Shown in pieces: positions 21,742-34,488 of a stretch of 64,000 nucleotides of DNA. The first letter of the stretch is position 1, and every line of letters starts with the position of its first letter. The notes under the pieces were generated by a model. It saw only the letters and a program-made list of their open reading frames with translations, searched no databases and was not told where the DNA came from. The position numbers and the translations under genes are program-made. The stretch lies in NCBI GenBank assembly GCA_002189035.1, contig NEEC01000027.1, positions 186,001 to 250,000 of the forward strand, read 5' to 3'. Source of the stretch: Utricularia gibba. Its lineage: Eukaryota > Plantae > Magnoliophyta.

Positions 21742-24358
21742 ATGTGGAAATCCATATGTTTGACGATCGTCGCAACCGCTGGAAATAACATCGGGAAAGT
21801 GCTTCAGAAGAGGGGCACCCTCATTCTCCCTCCTCTCTCGCTTAAGTTCAACGTAAGTGATATGGATTTCGTGCTATTGAGGGATATGTTTAAGCCAATC
21901 GACCCTGTTGGGCTTTTTTCATTTTTTTGAATCTTGCGTTCCTGAATGGCTGATTTGATAATCGTTAGAATTTCATCTACTTAAAAATTGGACGGTTAGC
22001 GTCGCCATTCATCGAATGGTATCGTGGATGTAAATATCGGAGCGTGTGGGTTGTTCGTAGGACCATGCTCAGTTTTTGGATCATCGTCATTTTTTTAATC
22101 CTGAAAGATAATCATGTACATTGAGTTCTTTTTTCAAGTTTCTCATTGCCCTATAAATCAAGAGCTTCTTGATCCTGGTGAATCGTGTGGATGATTGAGT
22201 AAAAGAACTGTGAGCAGTTCTTCTTTCACCTTATAAGGAATGGCCTAATGATTTATTTCCCAGGTTATACTAGCATATATTTCCAACGTCACGTGGATTA
22301 CTGGTCTCTTGATGGACTTGAGTGGAGCTGGCTTGCTGCTTCTTGCAATCTCTGAAGCTCCGGTAAATTCTACAAGACTTATTCTTATACTCTCTTCGAT
22401 AACTTGATATGGGGGCAAGCTTTTCCACCTGTCTTGTATTGAAATTGAATATAGAAAAAAAATGTTTATCCGAATGTGCCCTTGTTCATTTTGGTGATAA
22501 CTAAATTCACTATTCTATGTACAGGTGTCAGTTGTTCAACCTGTTTCGGGCTGTGGGCTTGCTATTCTTTCTGTATTTTCCCATTTTTATCTTAAGGAAA
22601 TTATGAATGCTGTTGATTGGATAGCAATCGTCCTTGCTGCTGTTGGTACCATAGGTAAATCTAAATTACTAGCAATGCAAAGCTAATTACCAGGGTCTCT
22701 TGATCCTCTCTCTATGCTTTTTTTTTTCTATAGTCTGCAATGAAATTTCATGGTAAGTGTGCCACTCTTTCTTGTGTTGATTACATGTTCAGATATCCAT
22801 ATGCTTTATTGGCCTTTGATACGTACATTGTATGCATCTTCCTTGCATCCTTGTGAGGGAATGAAAAACTTTAGTTCGTTATGTAATGTGGATTTAGGTG
22901 TTGGTGCTGGAGCTGAAGAACAGGCAACTTCTTCAATTCTGGTTTCTCGCTTGCCATTGCTGATACTCATCATAGCTTTCTTGTTTGTAGGTATCCTATC
23001 CTAATCAAAGAAGAGTCTTATCTTCTTGCTTGAAAGACAATATTTCTGCTGACTTGTATGGCTCATTGTTTTTTTCTTTTTTGAAAATAAAACTTAGTAC
23101 TTGAAGATGTTAGTGTAAGCTTTAGGTGCTTGATTGTGTTGATGCCCATTTTACTTATTGCACTAGAAGAAGGTATGCTGGGTTGTTTGTTGTATGGATG
23201 GGGTTCAATCTACAAAAAGTTGATATTAAAGCTTCAGAAAATACTGTGTAATTATTTCCCAAGTAACCCTGACGCCTGACAGGATCACCGGTTCTGGGAT
23301 TATGATGCGTAGCTTTCACTGTGTTAAGAAGCTGTTTTTTTTTTTTTTTCATATCATGGCATTTATGTGATTTATCATTAGCTTCCATTATTCCCTTTCT
23401 GTGATGTTCTTATATTTACCACCAGATACTGCTCAATGGGTGGGTTCGTCTCCAGCGACACAAATCCAAAGACCAGGCATTGGTATGTGAAGTATGTTCT
23501 CATTGAAAGCATGATCCAGACACTTATTTTGTTGGGCGCCATGATACATACAGGTGCTTCATGAAGTTGTTGAGGAGGTTGTTTACGGAGTGGAGGCTGG
23601 AATTTTGTTTGGGTAGGGGCACATTTTGAAGTTTTATTCTGTTGGACCGTTGTTGACACAACCTGTTTTGGGTTGACTGGCTGAACCAAACACGGGGAGA
23701 TTTTAAGGTGAATTGTGATTTCAGGATATCATCTGTAATATCAAAGATCGGATTCGAGTTCATGAAGCAAGGACATGGAAAATTCATTCTTCCCATCTGC
23801 ATTTCAATCTCTGTCCTGTGCAGCACATTTGGCTTCGTTTATCAGGTAAATTCATTTTATTTCAACGTAACATAGTAGCTGCTTTTGCCAACCTGCTCTT
23901 GCTCGTACTTCAAACAGACCAGAGGGCTGAAGCAAGGGAGGGCAATTGTTGTAACTACCTGTGGTGCCGTATCTGCAATCGTGACTGGTGTCCTGTGTGG
24001 CATGTATGCACTTGGAGAAACACTGCCCTCATCTCCTTCTGCTCGCCTCATGCTCCTTCTTGGATGGTAAGGCAGGCTTCAATTGATGCAATGATTCCCA
24101 TAGAATAACTCAATTTGTACTGATTTATGTTGTTTCACAACGCTTTGTTGGTGCAGGGTGTTCATCATTATGGGTGTTAGTTTGCTGGTCTTCTCATCCA
24201 GTGTTGTTGGATACCTCCCGAAGCAGTGGCGGCGACTGTCACGAAGCGGCATCGAGAGAAAGGCCTCAAGCTCCGGGCGCGCGCGGGAGGCGAATCCCAG
24301 CAGCACCTCAAGCACCCTGCATCACCTGCTACCCTCCCCAGCCAAGGAAAAGCCTTGA
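21742..24358 (+). CDS. NIPA9: Probable magnesium transporter of the NIPA/DUF803 family (NIPA9-like), 9 exons
   Basis: MWKSICLTIVATAGNNIGKVLQKRG, VSVVQPVSGCGLAILSVFSHFYLKE, TRGLKQGRAIVV and TLHHLLPSPAKEKP*. All GT-AG junctions are in frame. Confidence 0.9.
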
Positions 24359-25409
24359 CCCCCCCTCTCACTGCATCCCTCCCCCAAGTTGTCACTCAAC
24401 CTTTGAATCATCAGTAAACCTGTTCCACCATTTCAGTCGAAGATTGGGGGACGCAGTGGGGCCGAATAAAGATAATTAAAAAGATTCTGGTGTTGAAAAA
24501 GAAATATTATATTAATCGGGGGGCGCAGAGGAAATGTCAGTATTTTAGGGGACAGGAGCCGCGAGACCAAATCGAAGCCTACCTAACCCCCAAAGCGGGC
24601 CCCCACGCCCCTCCCTCCCCGTGGGACGAGCAAAGGGGATCCAATGCTGCCGCCCTTCTTCATACGCATCGAGAATCACGCTTTTAACCGTACTTTTTCA
24701 CGCTCCACCTCTCCTTTTTCCCCCTCCCCCCCTTTCATTTTGAATCTTCACTAACTCCCCACTAATACATAAATTCTATTCTTTTTTTAGTCCCTAATAT
24801 TACTATATACTATTTTTTATTAAATTAATAATAAAAAAACAATAACAATGTTAGGAAGTAGCACTTGGATGGGGCGGTGGCAATTGGTGTAATTTCCGGT
24901 AGGAAGGAGGGTGAATGTGAGAGGAGGCTGCAGAGCGGGAACCCGCAGCCATTGTATTGTTTTGAATTTCGAAACTGCCCTCCAATGCCGACAAACCTAA
25001 TTTGTTAAAAATAAATATTCTTTTTTTTAAAAAAAAAAAAACCCCCTCCACTAAGAAGGCCGTTTTTCTTTTCTTTTCTTTGTTTTAAATCTGTTTGCAT
25101 TTCTACTCAAGTTGTCACCCTTTTTTATTTTAATTATTTCTGAGGGGATGATGTCAAGTAGTATTACATTGATTGCAATGAATGAGAGCAATCTTGCAGG
25201 GAGATTTTTGTCTTGGCCTTCAATGGCAACAACAACGACTTGAGAGGCTTTATTACTCGCACTAGTCTTATGTTATAGTTCAAATTCACCACCACCAACT
25301 CCTCATCCCTTCTCCTTCCCCCGCTTTTCATTTAATATCCTTTTTTTTTTTCTGGCCTCTGGAGTTCCAGGCTCTTCCTTTGACTGGTTTGTGTTGGTCA
25401 AGGAGCAGG

Positions 25410-27095
25410 ATGGGGGCCTCAGCGAAATGGGTCAAAGCGCTACTGGGAACCAAGAAAGGAGAAAGGGATGAAATTGTAAGCACGTGGTTTCAATCCTCTA
25501 AGTATTTGAGTTTCCCATTTTTACAGTGAGTGTGGTGTGGAGTAAGAACGTTGCATTTCGTTCGACGTTTTTTGTTTTGTGTTTGAAGGAAAAAATGTAT
25601 CTGAAAAGCAAGAAGTGGAAGTTTTGGACTGCATCTATCGGAGACATTGGGGGTCTTCTAGAAAGGGGCATAAGAGAAATGCAGGGTCAGATTTGTTTTG
25701 CGACTCTTCATCTGTGAACAATGATGTCTTCTCTGCTGCTGTTGCGACTGTTATTAGAGCCCCCCCTAAAGATTTCAAGGCTGTAAGAGAAGAATGGGCA
25801 GCCATTAGAATTCAGACTGCGTTCAGAGGATTTCTCGTAAGCTTTTCTGAGTCATGCTTCATGCCATTCTTTTCCCAATCTCGTTGCTTTGCTGGGCGTG
25901 GTCATTTTCCTTTTGACTGTGTAGACCGATTCTTTTTGTTCGAACTTGATTCTAGGCGAGAAGAGCAAGAAGGGCATTAAGAGGACTGGTGAGGCTTCAA
26001 GCCATAGTGAGAGGGAGACAGGTTAGGAAACAGGCTGCCATAACTCTGAGGTGTATGCAAGCTCTTGTCCGTGTTCAAGCTCGGGTCCGAGCCCATCGTG
26101 TACGCATGTCCGCAGAGGGTCAAGCAGTGCAGAAGATGCTGAATCAACGCCGTGATCAGTTGAAAATGGCTGAGGTATATATTCATCTCAATGACATTTT
26201 TGTATGCTACTAAGAAGTCTTCTTTTCATTGTATATTGGTTGTCTTAATTGCTGTGGTTCATATAGGAGGGATGGTGTGACAGTAGAGGAACTCTGGAGC
26301 AAGTTAAAGCCAAGATACAAATGAAGCAAGAGGGAGCTGTTAAGCGAGAAAGAGCACTTGCATATTCACTTGCACAGAAGGTGGTATCCATTTGCGCTCT
26401 CCATCCTTGCTTCCAATTAGAAAATTAGACTCGCTCATTTGCTTCTGTGGTTTGCTTCTACAGTTCAAAGCAAACCTTGGAACAGATTCTTCAATGCATT
26501 TTCCGGTGCCGTCTTCAAAGTGCAGAGAATTCGATAACAACAGCTGGGGTTGGAGTTGGCTGGAGAGGTGGATGGCTGCAAAGCCTTGGGAAAACAGAGT
26601 GGAGCAACACACTACTACTGATCAGCTCTCACTGAAAACTCCACCACCTTGTAAAAACAGAGGGATGCTGTGAAAGAGACTGTGCCCCATTCCGTGATTG
26701 TGAAGAAGCACGGTGTTTCAAAAAGGGTGTCAGCCAGGCCTCCACTAGCGACTCACTCATCTTCTAGCCCAAGCTCAGATCTAAGATACGATGAGAGCTC
26801 AGGTTCTTCTTCATTCTTCACAACCCCAACTCCTATTTCGAGAAAAGCCATGGGATCGGATAGAACAGACGAGGGCAGCAGTCGGGAACCGAGCTACATG
26901 AGCATGACTGAAGCAACCAGAGCCAAGCAGAGGCGCCTTAAACTGAAGAAAAGCATGGACGAGCCCCATCCTCTTCAGAAATCAATGGCATGCAGCTGCG
27001 GTGATCCAGGAAACAAGGGCGGTCTGAATTCGAACTCCAGGCCACTGAATCCACCAACGAGATTAGAAGCTTCGTCTATGAAGTGCAGCAACTGA
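25410..27095 (+). CDS. IQD6: IQ67-domain calmodulin-binding protein, IQD6-like. As assembled it has two apparent frameshifts (pseudogene or assembly error).
   Basis: Exons 25410-25475, 25589-25836, 25956-26174, 26267-26380 and 26464-27095. Motifs [72 protein letters not shown]. The frame breaks near 25649-25653 and 26653-26657. Confidence 0.85.
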
Positions 27096-28243
27096 GAAAA
27101 TGCCTAGAAACTTGCAACACCTTGTTGTGCCCATTGACTTCCGTATCATGGTGTCTCTAAGCCCATTGAGTTTTTGTGTACTGCATTTGGACCATTTCAT
27201 TCATCGAGATTCGTATCTGATGGAGCCTTAGAATGAGCAGGCATACCCTGTCCTGTCATCAACAACGAAAGACTCTTTGAAATCGATGGGCCTGGTTCAT
27301 TCCCATTTGAGCTGTGCTCTCGATCGAGGCTGTGTTTTTAAATAAAAAGCCCATTTCAACTGGGCTGGATTTATTTAACAAAAAAAAGAAATCTATAATA
27401 AAAATTTCACATTATGGCGTCATAATTTGTTTATTGTACGGCTTTCAGACGCAAATGACTTTGTTAATCATTAATGATCATTACTCACGTGTACTTTTAT
27501 TTAAAATAATACATCCAGCTGTTTGATTCCACCCGTACAGTAGGTAGGTACTATTGCAAATATGATTTCTTTTATTAGAGTAATAATTAATTCCGTTTTA
27601 ATTCATTCGCCATGGCGCATAATCTACAAAATATTCTTATCATGAATAATTAAGATATAATGTCTGCCCATGCAATTCCTTTACTATATAAAAATAAAAC
27701 CATGTCCGAATTTTTTATTAATTCAATTCAGAACTTGTCCGGAAATTGAATTCGCTAAAAACAAAATCCGGGATAAATTAATATATTTTTTTAATATTGT
27801 ACTGGAAATATGGGACGCGAATTCAATCATGGCCGTTGATTGGTAAACCCACATTTCCAGATTTGAGCAGGAAAAAGATTGATTTGCGGTCGAAGTCTGG
27901 TTTATTAATCAGAAAAATGGTTTTAAAAAACGAAATCCATAAAAAGTTATGGAACAAGTCATAAATGTAGTATCTAACTGGGAGCAGGGCACCAAATGCA
28001 AGTAGGTGGAATTCTTGTCATATGATCAAGTATGCATTTGATGTGTGACTCCACTCCAATCATGCAACCCTTTTTTCCTACTTATTTATTCATTTTTGTT
28101 AACACTTGTTTATTCAAGACAAAGGCCCTGTAGGGTAGGGGTAGGGGAGCGGGGGATGCCTGCCTTTATCCTCACTTCAGTTACATTTTCCCTTTCGAAG
28201 AGCACCAATTGTGTGTTTTCCTTCCTTGTTCTACTTCACAAGC

Positions 28244-29029
28244 ATGCCTCAGCATCACGCCGCTCCGGGCAAGGTAGCCGCGGCGGCGGCACACGCGGCT
28301 CCGCATCTGAAAATCAACCCGACGCGCCATCCTGGGCGCCCAGCTCCATCGACGACGACGCGCCGCTGCCGGAACAAGAGAATCTTCACCTGCCGACGCT
28401 TCCTCTGTGTCGCCTGTTTGTGGACAATTATCGTCCTTATCGCTCTACTCCTGGTGGCCACCATCTCCGGGGCAGCGTTTTACGTTCTCTACCGTCCCCA
28501 CAACCCCATCTTCTCCGTGGATTCCCTCAAGATCTCAGTCTTCAACCTCACCACCACCCCCTCCGACGACTCCACGCATCTCACCACCCGAATCAACGTC
28601 ACGCTCTCCGCCAGAAATCCCAACAACAAAATCACATTTTTCTACGACCCCGTTGCCATCTCGCTTCTCAGAGGCTCCATCTTGTTAGCCAACGGTTCGT
28701 TCTCGAATTTCACCGCCTCGCCGGAAAGCATCCAAGTGATCCACACACAAATGGGCGTGGATTCCGAGATCCTCGACGGCGAGTTCGCGCGATCGCTGAC
28801 GTCAGATCTGAAGAACCGTAAGGGGATGCCGATGGCGATTCAGGCGGATACAATGGTAGGGGTGAAAATCGAGAAATTCAAGATGAGCAAGTTCGGGATC
28901 AGAGTGGCGTGCGACGGAATACGCTGGAGGGTTCCCAAGGGCAAAACTGTAAATTCAGCTGCCGACACCGACCGTGCAAAGTGTAAGGTTGACTTGAGAA
29001 TCAAGATCTTCAAGTTGTTTTCATTTTGA
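28244..29029 (+). CDS. NDR1/HIN1-like (LEA_2 domain) protein, single exon
   Basis: Basic N-terminus, CxxxC before a TM helix, then FYVLYRPHNPIFSV, ARNPNNKITFFYD and a terminal CKVDLRIKI. Confidence 0.9.
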   Translation: MPQHHAAPGKVAAAAAHAAPHLKINPTRHPGRPAPSTTTRRCRNKRIFTCRRFLCVACLWTIIVLIALLLVATISGAAFYVLYRPHNPIFSVDSLKISVFNLTTTPSDDSTHLTTRINVTLSARNPNNKITFFYDPVAISLLRGSILLANGSFSNFTASPESIQVIHTQMGVDSEILDGEFARSLTSDLKNRKGMPMAIQADTMVGVKIEKFKMSKFGIRVACDGIRWRVPKGKTVNSAADTDRAKCKVDLRIKIFKLFSF

Positions 29030-29727
29030 TTTTTTCCGACACCTGTCAAAAATATTTATGAATATTTTTTTAATTGCATTATTCAATTCTTGATGTAGAC
29101 TTAATAATATAGTTATGGTGGATAATATTTTTAATTTATTCCGAAAAATAACTCCCTCCAACTACCTCGACCCTCTTTCGGTTAATGGGCCCAATGTTGG
29201 GCTTCTAGTGTGAGCCCAGAAAACACAGTGTCACAAACGTGGCAAATTTTGGGCCGTGAATTTTTCAATCAATGACTCTTTTAGCCCCCGATGGCACATC
29301 AGTATCATCCATGTGACCAGAGGTTTTCTAACGACCGTACGGGTTAGATCTGGAAAATCCATAGGTAGGATACATAGTTATTGCTAATCGCCCGCCAATC
29401 GTCTTTAGATTTACCTACCTCATTAGACCTTGGGCCAGTGGGTCCGACGGGCTTACGGGTCAGGCCCGAACTGTAATGCAAACGGACTAGATTGCAGTGG
29501 TATATAACGGATCCGACCCGCTATGGAGGCTACCGTTCCACTGGACGCTCCACCATTCTTTTCGATCAACATCGCTTCATCTCATGCGTTCTATGTGATT
29601 GGTACCTGTGGTCGCCTTTAGTTTGGGTTTTGCGCAAGTTGAGCGGAAGGTCTTCGCCGCCGGAAAATTGTAGAATCACCGTGCGCCGGGAGCCGTTTAG
29701 TCTGCGCTGCCGGCGCGCGAACGTCAA

Positions 29728-32700
29728 ATGAGTAGATCTTTCGCCGCTGCTGTTTTGCTTTTTGTGGTTCTAGCTGCGGCGTCGACGACTTCCATTGCGG
29801 TTCCCGAGAATTCGAACGCGGTGGAGGATGTTGGGGGTTCCGTGACGAATGCAACTGGAATTGAAGCCAATGGAAATAAAACGACGTTTGCCGATATGAT
29901 TGATCGTGCACTTGCACAGGAATTTCGGGAGAACGAGGATCAGACCCAAGGTATGCTAGATCTGTAGCCCTTTGAGCTTTTTGATCTATTTCTTGCGACC
30001 CTTGCTTAGTTGGTTATTTTGATAGCAAGGTAAATCTTAGAATGGAGATTTGTTTGAATCTGGAAAAAAATTGATGACATCATGTACATTGACTTTTATT
30101 GTCCATGCCCACATCTTTGCGTTTGTGAATTATTTGAGATGGTTTTGTTGTCTAAGACAGCACTTGCACTTGGATTTATTGGTTACTTGACTCGATCTAT
30201 TCAAGGATCTAGCGAAGTTGGTGACCCAGTGAATTGTTCCTTCATTTTCCAGTTGTGGATCCATGTTTTTTTTTCATTGTTGGCATTCGTTCGTAGTGTT
30301 GTAAGTTCAGTTGATGAATAAGATGCTTCACTATGATTTTATCTTTGAATGTTTCAGCAAATGATGCTGGTAGCTTCAACAACACCGTTGCTGATAATGA
30401 GGTTGGTTAACTTCTTCCGCTGTAACACTTCCTGTGATATTAGCTGTGAAATCCTATTGGCTACCCTATACACAATGATGGTCTTGAATGAAAGCACAAA
30501 CTGTGGTTTCTGCGTTGAAATTTGCTTTCGTGAAATCCTGTTGACTACCTTATACCAAAGCCGCTAGCATAAACTCTCAGTAATCATGACTGGAGTTCTC
30601 GATGAGTTTGAAGTACTCGAGATGGGGTTACTTTGTAAGGGTTTTGCACATCTCTTCTTACGATCTGTCATGTGGTCAGGGTGTACTGGAAACAGTGGCC
30701 AGAGTCAAGACGAAGAAAAATGAAACAAAGGATGAAAAGTACTAATATTATACAGTTGATCTCAGATTTTGTTGCCTGAAACACTGATATTATGCATAAA
30801 AAACCTCGCTTCTTTCTTTGTAATCTTAGGTCCTTTAAGCTTCATCAAGTGTTTAATCTCGACAATGACAACGGAGCTGAGGAGACACCAACGCTAATTG
30901 ATCGGAAGGTAAAGTGATGTAGCTTGATTGTTTTTAATCAGAATTGAAGACATTCCTTATCCATATAAAAAATACAATTAAAATTTATGTTGTTTTCAGG
31001 ACAACGTGTTTATTATATCAAATTTCAAGTCTAAATACCCAGTGCTACAATTAGATTTAAGGTAAACTACCTGCTTAGTGTGGGTACATCAGTTTTATGC
31101 CTTTTTGTTTTCTTTACCTTATGTTCGTTTTATAGGCTCATATATGATCTTGTTGTCGTCATTGTATCTGCAACATGTGGTGGGATTGCATTCGCTTGTG
31201 CTGGACAACCAGTATGATCTTCAAACTTGGCTCAGTTGCGTGCTTCTGCCCATCATTTTCTAATCATTCTTCTTTTTGTATTGTAAAATTACTCGCAGGT
31301 TTTTACTGGATACCTATTGGCTGGATCGGTAGTTGGACCTGGGGGGTTTAATGTAATCAGTGAAATGGTTCAAGTATGCTTCTCTTCAAGTTACCATCTG
31401 ACGGTTTCTTTTTTGTGTTACTGCATATTCTTAAAAAAAGCACTTTAAAAAGAGCATTTATTGACGCACATCATTGTTCTAAGTAAATTTTTGCTGAATT
31501 CTCATGAGAGCAAACTTTTTCAACTGGCTGTGGTTCATTTCTTGGAATTTGTACACTTATAGTATACTTCTGATCTGAGTTTGTATGAATATTGAGAATT
31601 AAAAATGCAGGTTGAAACTGTTGCCCAATTTGGGGTTATATTCCTGCTTTTTGCGCTGGGATTGGAATTTTCTACAGCAAAGGTCCCTTCATTGATATGA
31701 AATCATGTCCTCTACCCCTGTTTCATTCTAATATGTTCATCTCCTTCCACAGCTTCGAGTAGTTCGTGCGGTTGCCATTCTTGGGGGCTTCTTCAAATTC
31801 TTCTTTTCATGTGTCTCTGTGGTATCATTGCATCCGTAAGTTAATGAAGTATGTTGTAACAGATACCCCATGCTATGTATTAAAAAAAAATGGAAAACTA
31901 GAGTTTTTTCAGGCTATAACCTCGAATTAGGAAATATACAGGATAAAGTTTGAGGAAATTGTATATGCTGAATATATTCATGCTATTTAATTATAAAAAA
32001 AATATTTGAACCCCGGGAATTTGTAGTTTTACTTTCCTTTTAACTTTGTTTCCATGTTAAAAGAATAACACCTGATTGTCGTTGTTGCAGCTTTGTGGTG
32101 GTAGAGCTTCTGAGGGGGTTTTTGTTGGTGCTTTTCTTTCAATGTCATCCACTGCTGTAGTAAGTTTTGATTTACATGCGCTTTGGTTGGCTATGATACT
32201 CTTTAAAGCACATTCTAATTATGATTTTATCCAGGTCTACAAATTTTTGATGGAGAAAAATGGTACGAATGCTCTTCATGGTCAAGTGACTATTGGCACC
32301 TTGATTTTACAGGTAGTTTCCGAATGGTACCTTGATGAATATTTCACATTTCTTTCAAAGTACCCATTTTACTTGAAATAAGGAAAAATGCAGTGTCTCT
32401 CCTCTTATTGTTGGTTTCACGAGGCATATTTTATTTCCATTCTGCCTAATTGATCTTTTTTTCTGCTGAGTACAACACTTTGTCATTTTGATCCTTATTT
32501 CTTGGCTTCGAGATCTGTAGGACTGTGCTGTTGGTTTACTTTTTGCTCTGCTTCCAGTGCTCGGTGGAACCTCTGGTCTCATGCAAGGAGTAATATCAAT
32601 GACTAAGTCGTAAGTTCTTCCTGTTGTTTTATAAATGCTCTGAATGCCCCCTAATTTCATTGTGTGTTTGTTGCTCTTGCCACTTATATATATATATATG

Positions 32701-34488
32701 TGATATACAGCTCACATTTTTTAAGAGATGATCAAAGAGCGCTTGTTGTTTTTTTCCAGCAGAAATCTAGGCTAACAGAGTAACTAAAATAATGATTCAG
32801 TTTTTTCAAACATGTGACACTGTATCATTCTGGCAGTCATCTGTTAGCCATATTCTCTTTTGGAGAATTGTTAGCTGCAATCAAACTTTGTGGTATTCCC
32901 TTGATCAGGTTGGTACTGTTGATTCTTTTCTTGGCTGTCCTGACAATATTATCACGTACTTGGGTGCCTTGGTTCCTGAAACTGATGATAAGTTTGTCAT
33001 CTCAGGTAAAAATACATGAATTCGTGTCCCTCTATCTATTTATTTATGATATAGTTGTTGTGAGGTTTACAAGTAGATTTTTTATTACAAATTTGAATCT
33101 GTTGGTTTCTTGTCCCAAAATTGTTTTTTCCAGACAAACGAACTTTATCAGTTGGCATCTGTCGCATTTTGCCTACTTGTTGCTTGGGTAAGTTTATTAT
33201 TGTTGTTGAAACAGACAGATATTCTCTATGTAATGCTAATGATCATTGAGGATTGTGTCCGTTATTCACTAGGTTTCATGTTATATCTTAGCCACCACCT
33301 ACACCAATATCTCTCAACTGTTACAGTGCAGTGATAAGCTGGGCCTTAGTTTGGAATTGGGTTCATTTGCTGCTGGAGTAATGATAGCAACCACTGATCT
33401 TGCTCAGCACACACTTGAACAAGTGAGATTGCAGTTACCTGATTTATTTGCACACCCTTCACTAATTTAGACACAATTATTTGAAGCATGCTTATGATCA
33501 TGTGTATGTACACATTATTTCACAATAACCACACTTTATAGGTTGAACCGATCCGCAACATGTTTGCTGCCCTTTTTCTTGCGAGCATTGGGATGTTGAT
33601 CCACGTTCACTTTCTTTGGAATCATGTTGATATCTTGCTTGCGTCAGTTATTTTGGTGGTCATCGTGAAAACAACTGTTATCTCAGCGGTGGTCAAGGGA
33701 TTTGGTTATAACAACAAAACTTCAGTTCTAGTAAGATTCTGCTGTGTATATCTCATTGTTGGCTTTTTTCCTTGTTCCATATGTACCAATCCCCCCTTGA
33801 TAAAACACGTAGGTGGGAATGTCATTGGCACAAATAGGGGAGTTTGCTTTTGTCCTACTTAGTCGGGCCTCGAACCTGCATCTTGTTGAGGTAACTGTTG
33901 CAAAATTAGATCTGGCATCGACTCCCATCCTTTTCACAGCAATCCTTGCGCACACGCTCATGCATTTCTTCCAAGAAATTTTATTTTGCGTGACGACCTA
34001 ATTTGTTTCTTCAGGGAAAAGTTTACCTGCTTCTCCTTGGGACAACGGCACTCAGCCTGGTATGATGACTTCCGTTTCGTTCGTGTGTGTAATTTGCTAA
34101 TGGTACTTGATTGGTAATTTGTACCCTAGTACTGCACTGTTTTTGTCATTGATTGCTTTTTTGTGGGTACAGGAAGTTAAACTGTCTTTACAATGTCTTG
34201 CTGTTCTGCAGGTTACCACGCCTCTGCTTTTTAAGTTGATACCAGCTGTTGTGCACCTCGGCGTGCTGTTGCGCTGGTTCTCGCCCGATTCTTCATCCGA
34301 GGTAATAGATACGGAGTCCCTTGATCTCGCTCCGATGCAGTATTGAGAATACATAACATGAGCTCCTTGGCACCTCTTTTTTCCTGCAGATTGGGTACAA
34401 GGCCGACAACCTGCGCTCGGAAGGCACCACGCACACCAAGCAGAGGATTGCTCTAATTTCCAAGGACCTGTTGATACATGAAGGGTGA
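29728..34488 (+). CDS. Endomembrane K+/H+ efflux antiporter, KEA4/5/6 clade (about 20 exons)
   Basis: Signal peptide, FADMIDRAL, TPTLIDRKDNVFIISN, GAFLSMSSTAV, LHGQVTIGTLILQ, SLAQIGEFAFVLLSRASNLHL. The last exon 34390-34488 ends ...LLIHEG*. Confidence 0.93.

Noticed and set aside
28045-28821. 258-codon same-strand ORF overlapping the NHL gene
   Set aside because: GTG start. Its first codon position coincides with the GC-rich third position of the real CDS, so stops are scarce by composition.
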